Position numbers and translations under genes: made by a program. DNA of 61,006 nucleotides, the filler included. It is 5 parts of 5 records of this genome, joined end to end, with 100 filler letters (N's around TTAATTAATTAA, not from the genome) between each part and the next. Parts side by side here need not be neighbours in the genome. Positions count along the whole stretch, not along the records: positions 28,470 to 42,690 come from SRR20825006_2198; positions 42,791 to 55,227 come from SRR20825006_2201; 3 more parts are not named here. The stretch is one strand, 5' to 3'. Shown here in pieces: positions 41,522-50,555 of the stretch (its first letter is position 1; each line of letters opens with the position of its first letter). Under the pieces are notes generated by a model. That model made no database searches, was not told the DNA's origin, and was given only the letters and a program-made list of their open reading frames with translations.

Positions 41522-42425
41522 TGCAAAAACTACAAGCGCATCAGGCGTAGAGCCACGCGGGCCGAAACCACGCCCCATGCTATCGCCGCGCAACATCATG
41601 ATTTACGGCACCTTGTTCATCGTCGCGATCTATTATGCATTGCCACTTTATGTGATGGTAGTCACCAGCTTGAAAGGCATGCCCGAAATCCGCCTAGGCA
41701 ACATATTCGCGCCGCCAGTTGAGGTGACGTTTGAACCTTGGGTAAAGGCGTGGGCTGAAGCTTGCACCGGGCTAAACTGTAATGGGTTGAGCCAAGGCTT
41801 TTGGAATTCAGTAAAAATTCTCATCCCATCGGCAGCGCTGTCGATCCTGATCGCTTCAATCAATGGCTACGCCTTGGCCAATTGGAAGTTCAAAGGCTCG
41901 GAGGTGTTTTTCACCATACTGATATTTGGTGCTTTTGTGCCTTATCAGGTGATCATCTATCCAATCGTGATCATTTTGCGGGAATTGAATTTGTTCGGCA
42001 AATTGGGTGGCCTCGTTATGGTGCATGTGATTTTCGGCATGCCAATCCTCACCTTGCTGTTCCGCAATTACTTCACTTCACTCCCCGAAGAGCTGTTTAA
42101 GGCGGCGCGCGTGGATGGGGCAGGGTTCTGGGGTATCTATTTTAGGATCATGCTGCCCATGTCTCTGCCCATCTTTGTGGTGGCGCTGATTTTGCAGGTC
42201 ACTGGGATTTGGAACGACTTCCTGTTTGGCGTGATCTACACCAAGCCGGACAATTACCCGATGACGGTGCAACTTAATAACATCGTCAACTCAGTGCAGG
42301 GCGTGAAGGAATATAACGTCAATATGGCTGCAACCATGCTCACGGGCATCGTGCCGCTCATCATCTATTTCGCATCAGGCAAACTATTCGTGCGCGGCAT
42401 CGCTGCTGGCGCGGTGAAAGGTTGA
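41511..42425 (+). CDS. carbohydrate ABC permease
   Basis: PEELFKAARVDGA, IWNDFLFG, FVRGIAAGAVKG. Confidence 0.92.
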   Translation: MANNAKTTSASGVEPRGPKPRPMLSPRNIMIYGTLFIVAIYYALPLYVMVVTSLKGMPEIRLGNIFAPPVEVTFEPWVKAWAEACTGLNCNGLSQGFWNSVKILIPSAALSILIASINGYALANWKFKGSEVFFTILIFGAFVPYQVIIYPIVIILRELNLFGKLGGLVMVHVIFGMPILTLLFRNYFTSLPEELFKAARVDGAGFWGIYFRIMLPMSLPIFVVALILQVTGIWNDFLFGVIYTKPDNYPMTVQLNNIVNSVQGVKEYNVNMAATMLTGIVPLIIYFASGKLFVRGIAAGAVKG

Positions 42426-42427
42426 TC

Positions 42428-42690
42428 ATGACCAGTGTTTCTATTCAAAATCTTGATCTTAATTTCGGCAGCGTCAATGTGCTGAAACAGTTGAACCTCT
42501 CTATCGAAGAAGGGGAGTTTCTGGTGCTGCTTGGCGCTTCAGGCTGCGGCAAATCCACGTTGCTCAATTGCATCGCTGGTTTGCTAGATGTGAGTGACGG
42601 GCAGATATTCATCAATGGCAAAAACGTTACTTGGGCCGAACCAAGCGAGCGTGGCATCGGCATGGTGTTTCAATCCTATGCGCTTTACCC
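42428..42690 (+). CDS. sugar ABC ATP-binding protein, N-terminal part
   Basis: GASGCGKSTLL, MVFQSYALY; truncated at linker. Confidence 0.9.
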
Positions 42691-42790
42691 NNNNNNNNNN
42701 NNNNNNNNNNNNNNNNNNNNNNNNNNNNNNNNNNTTAATTAATTAANNNNNNNNNNNNNNNNNNNNNNNNNNNNNNNNNNNNNNNNNNNN
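42691..42790. other. artificial contig linker
   Basis: N-run, TTAATTAATTAA, N-run. Confidence 0.98.
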
Positions 42791-42791
42791 G

Positions 42792-43925
42792 CTCTATGTC
42801 GGCTTCTTCGCCTTCATCATTGGCAATTTCTCTCTTCTCGCAGGGATCGTCTTTGACAGTTTCGCGGAGCTTGGCGTGACCGCTGGCGGCGGGACCATGA
42901 CCGCCGATGATCTCCTGCGCCCCGGCTTCATCGCCAGTGTCGGTCTCGACGCCGGTCAGCCGCTCTTGGAAGAGATCAGCGACATGCTGGGGCCAATCTC
43001 CTTCTTCCATAACTTCATCATGATCGCGGTGATGTTCATCGCCTGGGCGATCATCATGGTCGCCTTCTTCGTGCTGGCCGTGCAGCTCTTCATCACGATC
43101 CTGGAGTTCAAGCTGACGACGCTCGCCGGGTTCGTGCTCGTGCCGTTTGCGCTCTGGAACAAGACGACGTTCCTGGCTGAACGCGTCCTCGGCAATGTCA
43201 TCACCTCGGGCATCAAGCTGATGGTGCTTGCCGTCATTATTGGCATCGGCTCGACGCTCTTCTCATCCGTGACCGATGCGTTCCGTACCGGCGATGATGT
43301 GACGCTCGCGCAAGTCATGGGCACGGTGCTCGCCGCGATCGTCTTCTTCTGGATGGGCATCTTTGCGCCCGGCATCGCCTCCGGCCTGATCACCGGTGCG
43401 CCGCAACTCGGCGCGGGTTCCGCCGCAGGCGCGGCCGCCGGTGTCACAGCCGGAACCTATGTCGCCGGGATGGGCGGCCGCGCTGCCGTCGGCGCCGTCG
43501 CGGGCGGGGCGTCCTCCGCCGTCAAGGCCGGCGCCAGCATGGCCGGCGCGGCGCGCACTTCTTATACGCTGGGATCGGTCGCCTCTGGCGCATCCGGCGC
43601 AGCGGGCGTCGCCGCAGGCCTTGCCGGTGTCGCCCGTGCAGGCGGCGACGCTATGCGTCGCACAGCATCGCGCCCGGCTCAAGCCCTCAGAGACGCCTAC
43701 CAACGCGGCAGTCAGGGCGCCTGGCGCGCCACCGGCGGGTCTGAGGCCGCGTCCATGCAAAACTCTGCCTCCGGATCATCATCAAGCCAAAGCCCCGGCT
43801 GGGCGCGGCGCATGCAGGCGAGCCAGCGCATGGGACAGGCAGGCCAGATGGCCGCGCACTCCCTGCGCGACGGTGATCGCGGCGCTTCGGGCGCAAACCC
43901 CACCCTCAGAGACAAGGACGACTAG
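42792..43925 (+). CDS. trbL: P-type conjugative transfer protein TrbL (5' truncated)
   Basis: LYVGFFAF, QLFITILEFKLTTLAGFVLVPFALW, FLAERVLG, GAPQLGAG, Ala/Gly-rich tail. Confidence 0.93.
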   Translation, partial: LYVGFFAFIIGNFSLLAGIVFDSFAELGVTAGGGTMTADDLLRPGFIASVGLDAGQPLLEEISDMLGPISFFHNFIMIAVMFIAWAIIMVAFFVLAVQLFITILEFKLTTLAGFVLVPFALWNKTTFLAERVLGNVITSGIKLMVLAVIIGIGSTLFSSVTDAFRTGDDVTLAQVMGTVLAAIVFFWMGIFAPGIASGLITGAPQLGAGSAAGAAAGVTAGTYVAGMGGRAAVGAVAGGASSAVKAGASMAGAARTSYTLGSVASGASGAAGVAAGLAGVARAGGDAMRRTASRPAQALRDAYQRGSQGAWRATGGSEAASMQNSASGSSSSQSPGWARRMQASQRMGQAGQMAAHSLRDGDRGASGANPTLRDKDD

Positions 43926-43928
43926 ACG

Positions 43929-44129
43929 ATGGCTTTCAGGCGATCCTCCTCCAGCTATGGACCAAGCCCGTTTCCCGAAACGCCTTACCAGAAGGCGGGC
44001 CAGATCTGGGAGTTCGCAGCCGGTTTGCCGCAGGCAAAACAATCCATCCGGGGGATGGATTGTAGGCGAAGAACGCCGCGGCAGCGGCCCGCAGGCTCCC
44101 GCTTCAACCCAACAAGACAGGAGGTCTGA
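43929..44129 (+). pseudogene. truncated duplicate of trbF 5' end interrupted by palindromic element
   Basis: First ~27 codons MAFRRSSSSYGPSPFPETPYQKAGQIW match TrbF start MAFKRSSSSYGRSPFPETPYQKAGQVW, then diverge. Confidence 0.75.
44038..44062. repeat. palindromic miniature element core
   Basis: ACAATCCATCC-GGG-GGATGGATTGT perfect 11-bp inverted repeat. Confidence 0.7.
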
Positions 44130-44132
44130 TCT

Positions 44133-44825
44133 ATGGCGTTCAAGCGTTCATCTTCAAGCTACGGCCGCAGCCCGTTCCCCGAGACGCCATATCAGAAGGC
44201 CGGACAGGTCTGGGATGAAAGAATAGGCTCCGCCCGCGTGCAGGCGAAGAACTGGCGGCTCATGGCGCTCGGCTGTCTCGGGCTCTGCTTCGTCACCTCC
44301 GGCGCGCTGGTCTGGCGCTCGATGCAATCCACCGTCACGCCCTATGTGGTCGAAGTCGATGAGACGGGTGCGGCCCGCGCTGTGGCTCCGGCCACGACAA
44401 GCTACACGCCGACCGATGCCCAGATCGCCCATCACCTTGCGAACTTCATAGAACATGTCCGGGGGCTTTCCGTTGACCCTGTCGTCGTCCGCGAGAACTG
44501 GCTGCGCGCCTATGACTTCGTGACCGACCGCGCCGCCACCACGCTCAACGAATACGCCTCCGCCAATGATCCTTTCGCCGATGTCGGGCGCAAATCCCGC
44601 ACCGTGGACGTGGTCAGCGTGGTTCGCGTCTCGGAGGACAGCTTCCAGGCCCGCTGGATCGAGAAGACCTATGAGAATGGTGCGCTCGTCAGCGCCCAAA
44701 GGTTCACCGGCAATTTCACAATCATCACCCAGCCGCCGACGGATGCAGAGACCCTGCGCGCCAATCCGCTCGGCCTTTATGTCCATGCCCTGAACTGGGG
44801 TCAGGACCTCGTTACAGGAGAATGA
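44133..44825 (+). CDS. trbF: conjugal transfer protein TrbF (VirB8-like)
   Basis: PETPYQKA.QVWDERIGSARVQA.NWR, DPVVVRENWLRAY, NPLGLYV. Confidence 0.95.
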   Translation: MAFKRSSSSYGRSPFPETPYQKAGQVWDERIGSARVQAKNWRLMALGCLGLCFVTSGALVWRSMQSTVTPYVVEVDETGAARAVAPATTSYTPTDAQIAHHLANFIEHVRGLSVDPVVVRENWLRAYDFVTDRAATTLNEYASANDPFADVGRKSRTVDVVSVVRVSEDSFQARWIEKTYENGALVSAQRFTGNFTIITQPPTDAETLRANPLGLYVHALNWGQDLVTGE

Positions 44826-45868
44826 TCCCCATGCTTCGTATTCTGCTTGCCACTTCGGCCCTCGCACTTACCACGGCCTGCGCCACGACCGAGCTTGAAC
44901 CTATCGATGCGAGCGCCTTTGTCGCGGCCAAGCCCGTCGAGGATAGGACCGACTATCCGGTGGAGATCGTCGAAACCGCCGTCGCGCTGCCGCTGCCCGG
45001 CCAGATGATGCCCATCGGCGCGCGTGTCACCACCAATGCCGATGGCAGCGTGACGCGGACCTACACAAGGACGATATCGCGTCCCTCAGTGTCACCGGCT
45101 GAAGCCATCAGACAGGGCCGCACCGGCGCGCTTATCGAACCTTCGGTCGATGGCTATGTGAACGCGATCCAGGTCTATCCCTATACAGAAGGCGCGCTCT
45201 ACCGGCTCTATGCCAGCCCCGGACAGGTTTCGGACATTGCCCTGCAGCCGGGCGAGGAACTGGTCTCGGTCTCGGCAGGCGACACGGTCCGCTGGGTCGT
45301 GGGCGATACGATCTCCGGCTCTGGAAACACTTCCCGCGCGCATGTGCTGGTCAAACCGATTTCCTCCGGCATTCGCACCAATCTGATGATCGCCACGGAC
45401 CGGCGCACCTATCATCTGGAACTTGAAAGCACGGGCGGCGGCTATATGGCCGCTCTGTCCTGGCGCTACCCCGCGGATGAACTCGCAGGCCTCACTGCCC
45501 GCAATGAGCGCGCGATCGCACGGGACGCGGGAAGCATTGAGCGCGGCCTGACGCTGGAAGGCCTGAACTTCGACTATCGCCTCTCCGGCGACAGTCCGGA
45601 CTGGAAGCCTGTCCGCGTCTTTGATGATGGCCGTCAGGTCTTCATCCAGATGCCGGAGGACATCGCCACAACCGACATGCCGCCGCTTTTCGTGCTCGGC
45701 ACGGACGGTGATGCGGAACTGGTGAACTACCGTGTGCGCGGCAATTATTATGTCGTGGACCGGCTGTTCCGTGCGGCCGAGTTGCGCCTCGGCGAGCGGA
45801 ACCAGACCGTGGTGCGAATCTCACGCAACGAGCGGCGCTCGCCGCTGGCTGGCCTGTTCGGGAACTGA
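44822..45868 (+). CDS. trbG: P-type conjugative transfer protein TrbG (VirB9-like)
   Basis: NAIQVYPY..GALY, GDTVRW, TDRRTYHLEL, RVFDDG, LVNYRV. Confidence 0.95.
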   Translation: MIPMLRILLATSALALTTACATTELEPIDASAFVAAKPVEDRTDYPVEIVETAVALPLPGQMMPIGARVTTNADGSVTRTYTRTISRPSVSPAEAIRQGRTGALIEPSVDGYVNAIQVYPYTEGALYRLYASPGQVSDIALQPGEELVSVSAGDTVRWVVGDTISGSGNTSRAHVLVKPISSGIRTNLMIATDRRTYHLELESTGGGYMAALSWRYPADELAGLTARNERAIARDAGSIERGLTLEGLNFDYRLSGDSPDWKPVRVFDDGRQVFIQMPEDIATTDMPPLFVLGTDGDAELVNYRVRGNYYVVDRLFRAAELRLGERNQTVVRISRNERRSPLAGLFGN

Positions 45869-45872
45869 GCCG

Positions 45873-47150
45873 ATGTCCGAGCCCATTCCCTTCGACGAAC
45901 ATGCCGAGCGGCTGAAGATCCGCTCCAGCCCGAAGCCGGTGACGCGGATCAATCGCAAAGTATTGATGGTCGGCGCAGGCCTCGGCGTGCTCGCCCTGTT
46001 CGCAGCCATGAGCGTTGCCCTCAAACCGCCAACCGCTACCGATCCGGATGCCCGTCGCGAGCTCTACAACACGACGAACACGCGCAAGCCCGAAGGTCTC
46101 TCAACGCTTCCGACCAGCTATAGCGACATCACATCCGTCGAGGACCGCGTCACGCGTCTTGGCCCACCGCTTTCGGGCGATCTCGGCGCGACCATGCTGC
46201 GCGCCGAACGCGAGCTCGGTATCGAACCGGAATATGTGACCCGGTTCGAGGATGACTTTCGCCCGAACCCAGCCGACGAGGCCGAACGTGCAAGGCGCAT
46301 GCGCGAGGCCGCCCTTGCCGATGAAGCCGCCCGCGCACCGGTCTTTTTCCGACTCGATTCTCAGAGCGGCACGGCAAGCACCACCGACACCCGTCCTGCT
46401 TATCGAGACCCCGCGCTTGATCTGGGTTCTGAGCTTCTGGCGCTCGCCGCTCTGCCGCAAGGCGCACGGTCCGCTTTCGGACAGCCTATCGATACAAATC
46501 TCCAGTCCCGCAAGCTCGCCTTTACGAGCGAAGGACCAGCAAGCGACATCTACAATCCACACGGCGTGGAAGACCCTGCCTCGCCGTATCAGGTCATGGC
46601 TGGCACGCTCATTCCGGCTTCAATGGTCACGGGCATCAACTCAGACCTGCCGGGCACGATCGTCGCGCAGCTCACCCAGCCCGTCTATGACACCGTCACC
46701 GGCCAATACCTCCTCATCCCGCAGGGCTCGCGCCTGATCGGGCGCTACCAGTCGGAAGTCTCTTTCGGGCAGGACCGCGCACTCGTGACCTGGGACCGGA
46801 TCATCTTCCCGGACGGGTCGTCGATTGTGATTTCCGCGCCAGGCGCTGATGCGCAAGGCTTTGCGGGTCTCTCGGATCGAACCGATCATCATTGGGACCG
46901 CGTGTTCATCGCAGCAGGCCTCGCCACCATTCTCGGCGTCGGCGCAGAACTCGGTGCAGACGGTGACGGCGATCTCGAACGCGCGATCCGACGCGGCACG
47001 ACCGACACCGTCAACCAGGCCGGCCAGCGCGTCGTCGAACGCAACCTTGGCATTCAGCCGACGGTCCGTGTGCGGCCGGGCTGGCCCGTGCGCGTGGTCG
47101 TCACCCGCGACCTCATCCTCAGACCCCATCCACAAGGAACAAGCAGATGA
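45873..47150 (+). CDS. trbI: TrbI/VirB10 family protein
   Basis: AGTLIPA..VTGINSDLPG, VYDTVTG..LLIPQGSRLIG, IQPT..VRPG. Confidence 0.95.
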   Translation: MSEPIPFDEHAERLKIRSSPKPVTRINRKVLMVGAGLGVLALFAAMSVALKPPTATDPDARRELYNTTNTRKPEGLSTLPTSYSDITSVEDRVTRLGPPLSGDLGATMLRAERELGIEPEYVTRFEDDFRPNPADEAERARRMREAALADEAARAPVFFRLDSQSGTASTTDTRPAYRDPALDLGSELLALAALPQGARSAFGQPIDTNLQSRKLAFTSEGPASDIYNPHGVEDPASPYQVMAGTLIPASMVTGINSDLPGTIVAQLTQPVYDTVTGQYLLIPQGSRLIGRYQSEVSFGQDRALVTWDRIIFPDGSSIVISAPGADAQGFAGLSDRTDHHWDRVFIAAGLATILGVGAELGADGDGDLERAIRRGTTDTVNQAGQRVVERNLGIQPTVRVRPGWPVRVVVTRDLILRPHPQGTSR

Positions 47151-47383
47151 CCCTACGCCTTGGACAGTTACCCGATCGCACCCCGGTGCGTATGAGCCTC
47201 TCGGTCGATCCCGACCTCGCCAGCGCCCTCAGCGACTATGCCGAAATCTACCGGCAAACCTATGGCGCGGAGGAAAAGCCCGAAGCGCTCATCCCCGCCA
47301 TGATCGAAAGCTTCCTGGCGTCAGATGCCGGGTTCAAACGGGCGCGCCGCGCCCTTCATTCCAACGCCAGCAAAGGAGACTAA
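47147..47383 (+). CDS. DUF2274 domain protein
   Basis: LRLGQLPDRTPV...L.DYA..Y...YG...LIPAM..FLASD; typical after trbI. Confidence 0.9.
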   Translation: MTLRLGQLPDRTPVRMSLSVDPDLASALSDYAEIYRQTYGAEEKPEALIPAMIESFLASDAGFKRARRALHSNASKGD

Positions 47384-47386
47384 CCC

Positions 47387-47701
47387 ATGGCGCAGATCGG
47401 CACGTTCACCCTGAAAGATGGCAGCTATACCGGCACCATCCGCACCATGACCATCAACGTCAAAGCACAGCTTGTCCCGAACAGTGACAAGGCATCAGAT
47501 GGCGCACCCGACTTCCGGCTCTATGCCGGCGGGGCCGAACTCGGTGCGGCCTGGCGTCAGGAAAGCAAGGACGGCGAAACCCCGTACCTCGCCGTCAAGC
47601 TCGACGATCCAAGCTTTGCCAGCCCCGTGCGCGCCGCCTTCTTCGAGAATGAAAAGGACGGCACCGGCGTCATGGTCTGGAACCGGACGAAGACCAACTA
47701 G
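47387..47701 (+). CDS. DUF736 domain protein
   Basis: MAQIGTF, APDFR, ELGAAW, VKLDDPSF. Confidence 0.92.
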   Translation: MAQIGTFTLKDGSYTGTIRTMTINVKAQLVPNSDKASDGAPDFRLYAGGAELGAAWRQESKDGETPYLAVKLDDPSFASPVRAAFFENEKDGTGVMVWNRTKTN

Positions 47702-47720
47702 CAAAGGGTCTGGCGCCCCA

Positions 47721-47918
47721 ATGAGCCTCAGCCTGCATGATCTTGAAAAAGGCCGCCGCATTGCGGCGCTCGTCGTGCGCCATTGCGGTGAGAAGTATTT
47801 TCCCCTGTTCGACCGGTTCGACCGGGAAGTCCGCGAGCGGGCCTCGGCGGCCGACCGGATCGAGGACGCCATCGGCGCGAACATGCCCGCTCGGCCGAGA
47901 AAGCGAGGGCGCTCTTGA
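47721..47918 (+). CDS. small hypothetical protein
   Basis: 65 aa MSLSLHDLEKGRRIAALVVRHCGEKYFPLFDRFDRE...; fills operon gap. Confidence 0.55.
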   Translation: MSLSLHDLEKGRRIAALVVRHCGEKYFPLFDRFDREVRERASAADRIEDAIGANMPARPRKRGRS

Positions 47919-47968
47919 TTTCCTCAGAAAGAACCGCTATATATCCCTTCAGTGGAAAGGATCGCTCA

Positions 47969-48346
47969 ATGTCCCAAACAGCAGCCATCGACGCACAGGA
48001 ACGGGCACGGGTGATGACCATGGCCGTGGTCCGGGCCGCTGAAAAGCTTGGTCTTTCCGGGAAGGACATGGCCCTGATTTTGGGGGTTTCGGAACCGACC
48101 GTGTCGCGGATGCGCAAGGATGAGTTCCGGCTGGAGGAAGGCACCAAGCCGTTTGAACTGGGAGCGCTGTTCGTTCGCCTGTTCCGGTCGCTTGATGCGA
48201 TCACCGGCGGCGACGGCAAGGTGGCCAACGCCTGGCTACGCAATGAAAACCGGGCGCTTGGCGGTCGTCCACTCGATCAGATCAAGACGATTACAGGACT
48301 GACCCATGGCCTTGCCTATCTGGATTCCAGACGCGCTCCGCTCTGA
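47969..48346 (+). CDS. Xre/MbcA/ParS family antitoxin
   Basis: HTH ALILGVSEPTVSR; LFVRLFRSLDAI.GGD, WL..EN.ALG.RP. Confidence 0.9.
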   Translation: MSQTAAIDAQERARVMTMAVVRAAEKLGLSGKDMALILGVSEPTVSRMRKDEFRLEEGTKPFELGALFVRLFRSLDAITGGDGKVANAWLRNENRALGGRPLDQIKTITGLTHGLAYLDSRRAPL

Positions 48347-49088
48347 GCGGCAAGGCGTATCCCGCGTTTTCTGGCGCTGCGTGGAGGCGCAACACATCGT
48401 CTCCACGCTTCAGCTTGTTGATACGCTGGATGAGCAGCGTATTCTCGAAGACATGCTCGAAGAAACAAAGCCGCCTGTACCCCCCGACTGCGCAGGGCTC
48501 CACTATCTCTACATGACGCCGTTCCGCTACGGCCTCTATCCGAACGGCTCGCGGTTCCGCCGCGCCGGACCGACGCCCGGCGTCTATTATGTGTCCGAAG
48601 AACCGGCGACAGCGATCATCGAAACCGCGTTTCATTTGCTGCTCTTCTACGCAGACTCTCCGGGCACGCCATTTCCGGCGCAGCCGAGCGAGCACACCGC
48701 ATTCGACGTGCCGGTCCGCACCGACGCAGCCATAGATCTCATGTCAAAGCCATTTAGCGACGCTGCCAACCTCTGGACGCATCCAAACGACTACGAAGCG
48801 TGCCAGCAACTCGAAGAAGCTGCGCGTGCGGAGAGTATCGGGCTGATCCGCTATGCGTCAGTGCGCGATCCCGAGCACCGGCCAAATGCGGCTATTCTCT
48901 CCTGCGCCGCCTTCGCCGCCGCAACCCCGACACAAAACCAGACCTGGCGGCTATGGTTCAACAAGACAGGCGTGCACACGATATGTGAGTTTCGGGGAGA
49001 AAGATTTGGTATTCCAGCGCTTGCATGGGAAACCGACGAAAGACTCAAGCGACTGTTTTCTGCAGATACCACGCAGAAAACTCCATAA
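48306..49088 (+). CDS. RES family toxin (NAD+ phosphorylase/mART-like)
   Basis: WRCVE (R), GSRFR, TAIIE (E), IRYASVR (S); overlaps antitoxin. Confidence 0.9.
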   Translation: MALPIWIPDALRSERQGVSRVFWRCVEAQHIVSTLQLVDTLDEQRILEDMLEETKPPVPPDCAGLHYLYMTPFRYGLYPNGSRFRRAGPTPGVYYVSEEPATAIIETAFHLLLFYADSPGTPFPAQPSEHTAFDVPVRTDAAIDLMSKPFSDAANLWTHPNDYEACQQLEEAARAESIGLIRYASVRDPEHRPNAAILSCAAFAAATPTQNQTWRLWFNKTGVHTICEFRGERFGIPALAWETDERLKRLFSADTTQKTP

Positions 49089-49133
49089 AATTGAATTACA
49101 TAAATAGTCGGATCCCACTGAATCGAATGCTCC

Positions 49134-50555
49134 ATGGAAAAAACACAGAATGAGCGCACTGTCCTCTTCGTCACAAAAGCGACGCCAGAGGATAATGAAT
49201 TCACAGAGTGGCTCGCCCCGCGCCTTGAGGCTGCAGGATACCAGGTTTTCGCCGACATTCTGAATCTCGAAGGAGGTGAACGCTGGCGAAAAACATTGAC
49301 CCGTACTTTGCAGGACCGGGCGGTAAAGCAATTGCTGATTTGCGCCGGAGATGGCTTGCATAAAAACGGCGTGCAGGAAGAAATTGGCATTGCAGCCGAC
49401 GTCTCCCGCACGACCGGTGATGAAAAATTCACGATACCGCTTCGCGTTAGGAGCTTCCGCAAAGTCTTCGGCATGGGAGAACTACAATATCTGAACTTCG
49501 AGGATAGCTATGCGGATGGTCTCGCTGATCTGTTAGAGACGCTCGAAAAGCAGAACGTCCCAAAACTCAATGAACCTTTGATTCAGCCGCAATGGGAGCA
49601 GCACCGAAGGCGAAATGAGATCAGACTGGAAAACCGCGCCGAAACCCTGACCAGCAATTGGGTCGCGATCGAAAACGCGCCAGACGAGATCGCTTATGTC
49701 GCGCCGACTGGACCTTGCGATCGCGACAAGCTGAAAAGGCGCGCGAACAGCTTCGCTTTTCCCACTTATCCTCACTTATCTGGTTTCATCACCTTCGCTT
49801 CCCCCTTGGAAATGGCCGAGCATTTCGAGGGGTTCGGACCGATCAAGACGATTGCTACGAGTCGCCTTTCATCTTTCATGGAAAAGGGGTGGTCGGAACT
49901 CGACATAAAGAGTCGTGAAGCCAAAAATATTTTAGTCGCGCTATTCCGTCAGGCCTGGGAGCGACGTCTCTCTTCGATCGGGTTTCAAGAATATGGGTGG
50001 GCGAGCGGTCTCGGGCATCATGCCGCCCCCGCGCAGATTCGCATCAACGAACGCGTGGCATGGGGGCCAAAGGAAGGCAAGCGTAGGTCGGTTCTGCGGA
50101 ACGTCGCAAAGGGGCGGGTTTGGTCCTACGGCGTGAGCGCAATTCCCAATCTCTATCCCTTCCCCCATTTCCGGCTCAAGGCTCGGGTTCTGTTTTCGGA
50201 TATCAAGGAAAACGCTAAAGGAGATGAGGACCGTCAGGGCAGCATCATCGACGATAAGGAGAGGCAGCACCGTCATCGGCGCAGCGACTGCAAGGGCTGG
50301 AGGAACAAGTCCTGGCACGGTCGCATGATGGCGTTTCTGGAGCTTGTGGCGGGAGGCGATTCCTATATCTCACTTCCCATCGGCGCGGGCGGCAATCTCG
50401 TCCTCAACGTAATGCCTATACAGATGATTTCACCGGTGACGACACCGATCGTCCATGACGACGAGGACGCCGAAGAAACTGATCCCTCGACTCTGGCTGG
50501 CGATTTTGACCCCGAGGATGGGGATACCTCCGATGAAGAGGAGGCGCAGAAATGA
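49134..50555 (+). CDS. TIR-APAZ protein (SPARTA effector subunit)
   Basis: N-terminal TIR (ATPEDNEF..WL..RL...GY.VF.DI, GVQEEI), APAZ-like region (SNW, WSYGVS, GWRNKSW), acidic C-tail; translationally coupled to pAgo. Confidence 0.88.
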   Translation: MEKTQNERTVLFVTKATPEDNEFTEWLAPRLEAAGYQVFADILNLEGGERWRKTLTRTLQDRAVKQLLICAGDGLHKNGVQEEIGIAADVSRTTGDEKFTIPLRVRSFRKVFGMGELQYLNFEDSYADGLADLLETLEKQNVPKLNEPLIQPQWEQHRRRNEIRLENRAETLTSNWVAIENAPDEIAYVAPTGPCDRDKLKRRANSFAFPTYPHLSGFITFASPLEMAEHFEGFGPIKTIATSRLSSFMEKGWSELDIKSREAKNILVALFRQAWERRLSSIGFQEYGWASGLGHHAAPAQIRINERVAWGPKEGKRRSVLRNVAKGRVWSYGVSAIPNLYPFPHFRLKARVLFSDIKENAKGDEDRQGSIIDDKERQHRHRRSDCKGWRNKSWHGRMMAFLELVAGGDSYISLPIGAGGNLVLNVMPIQMISPVTTPIVHDDEDAEETDPSTLAGDFDPEDGDTSDEEEAQK

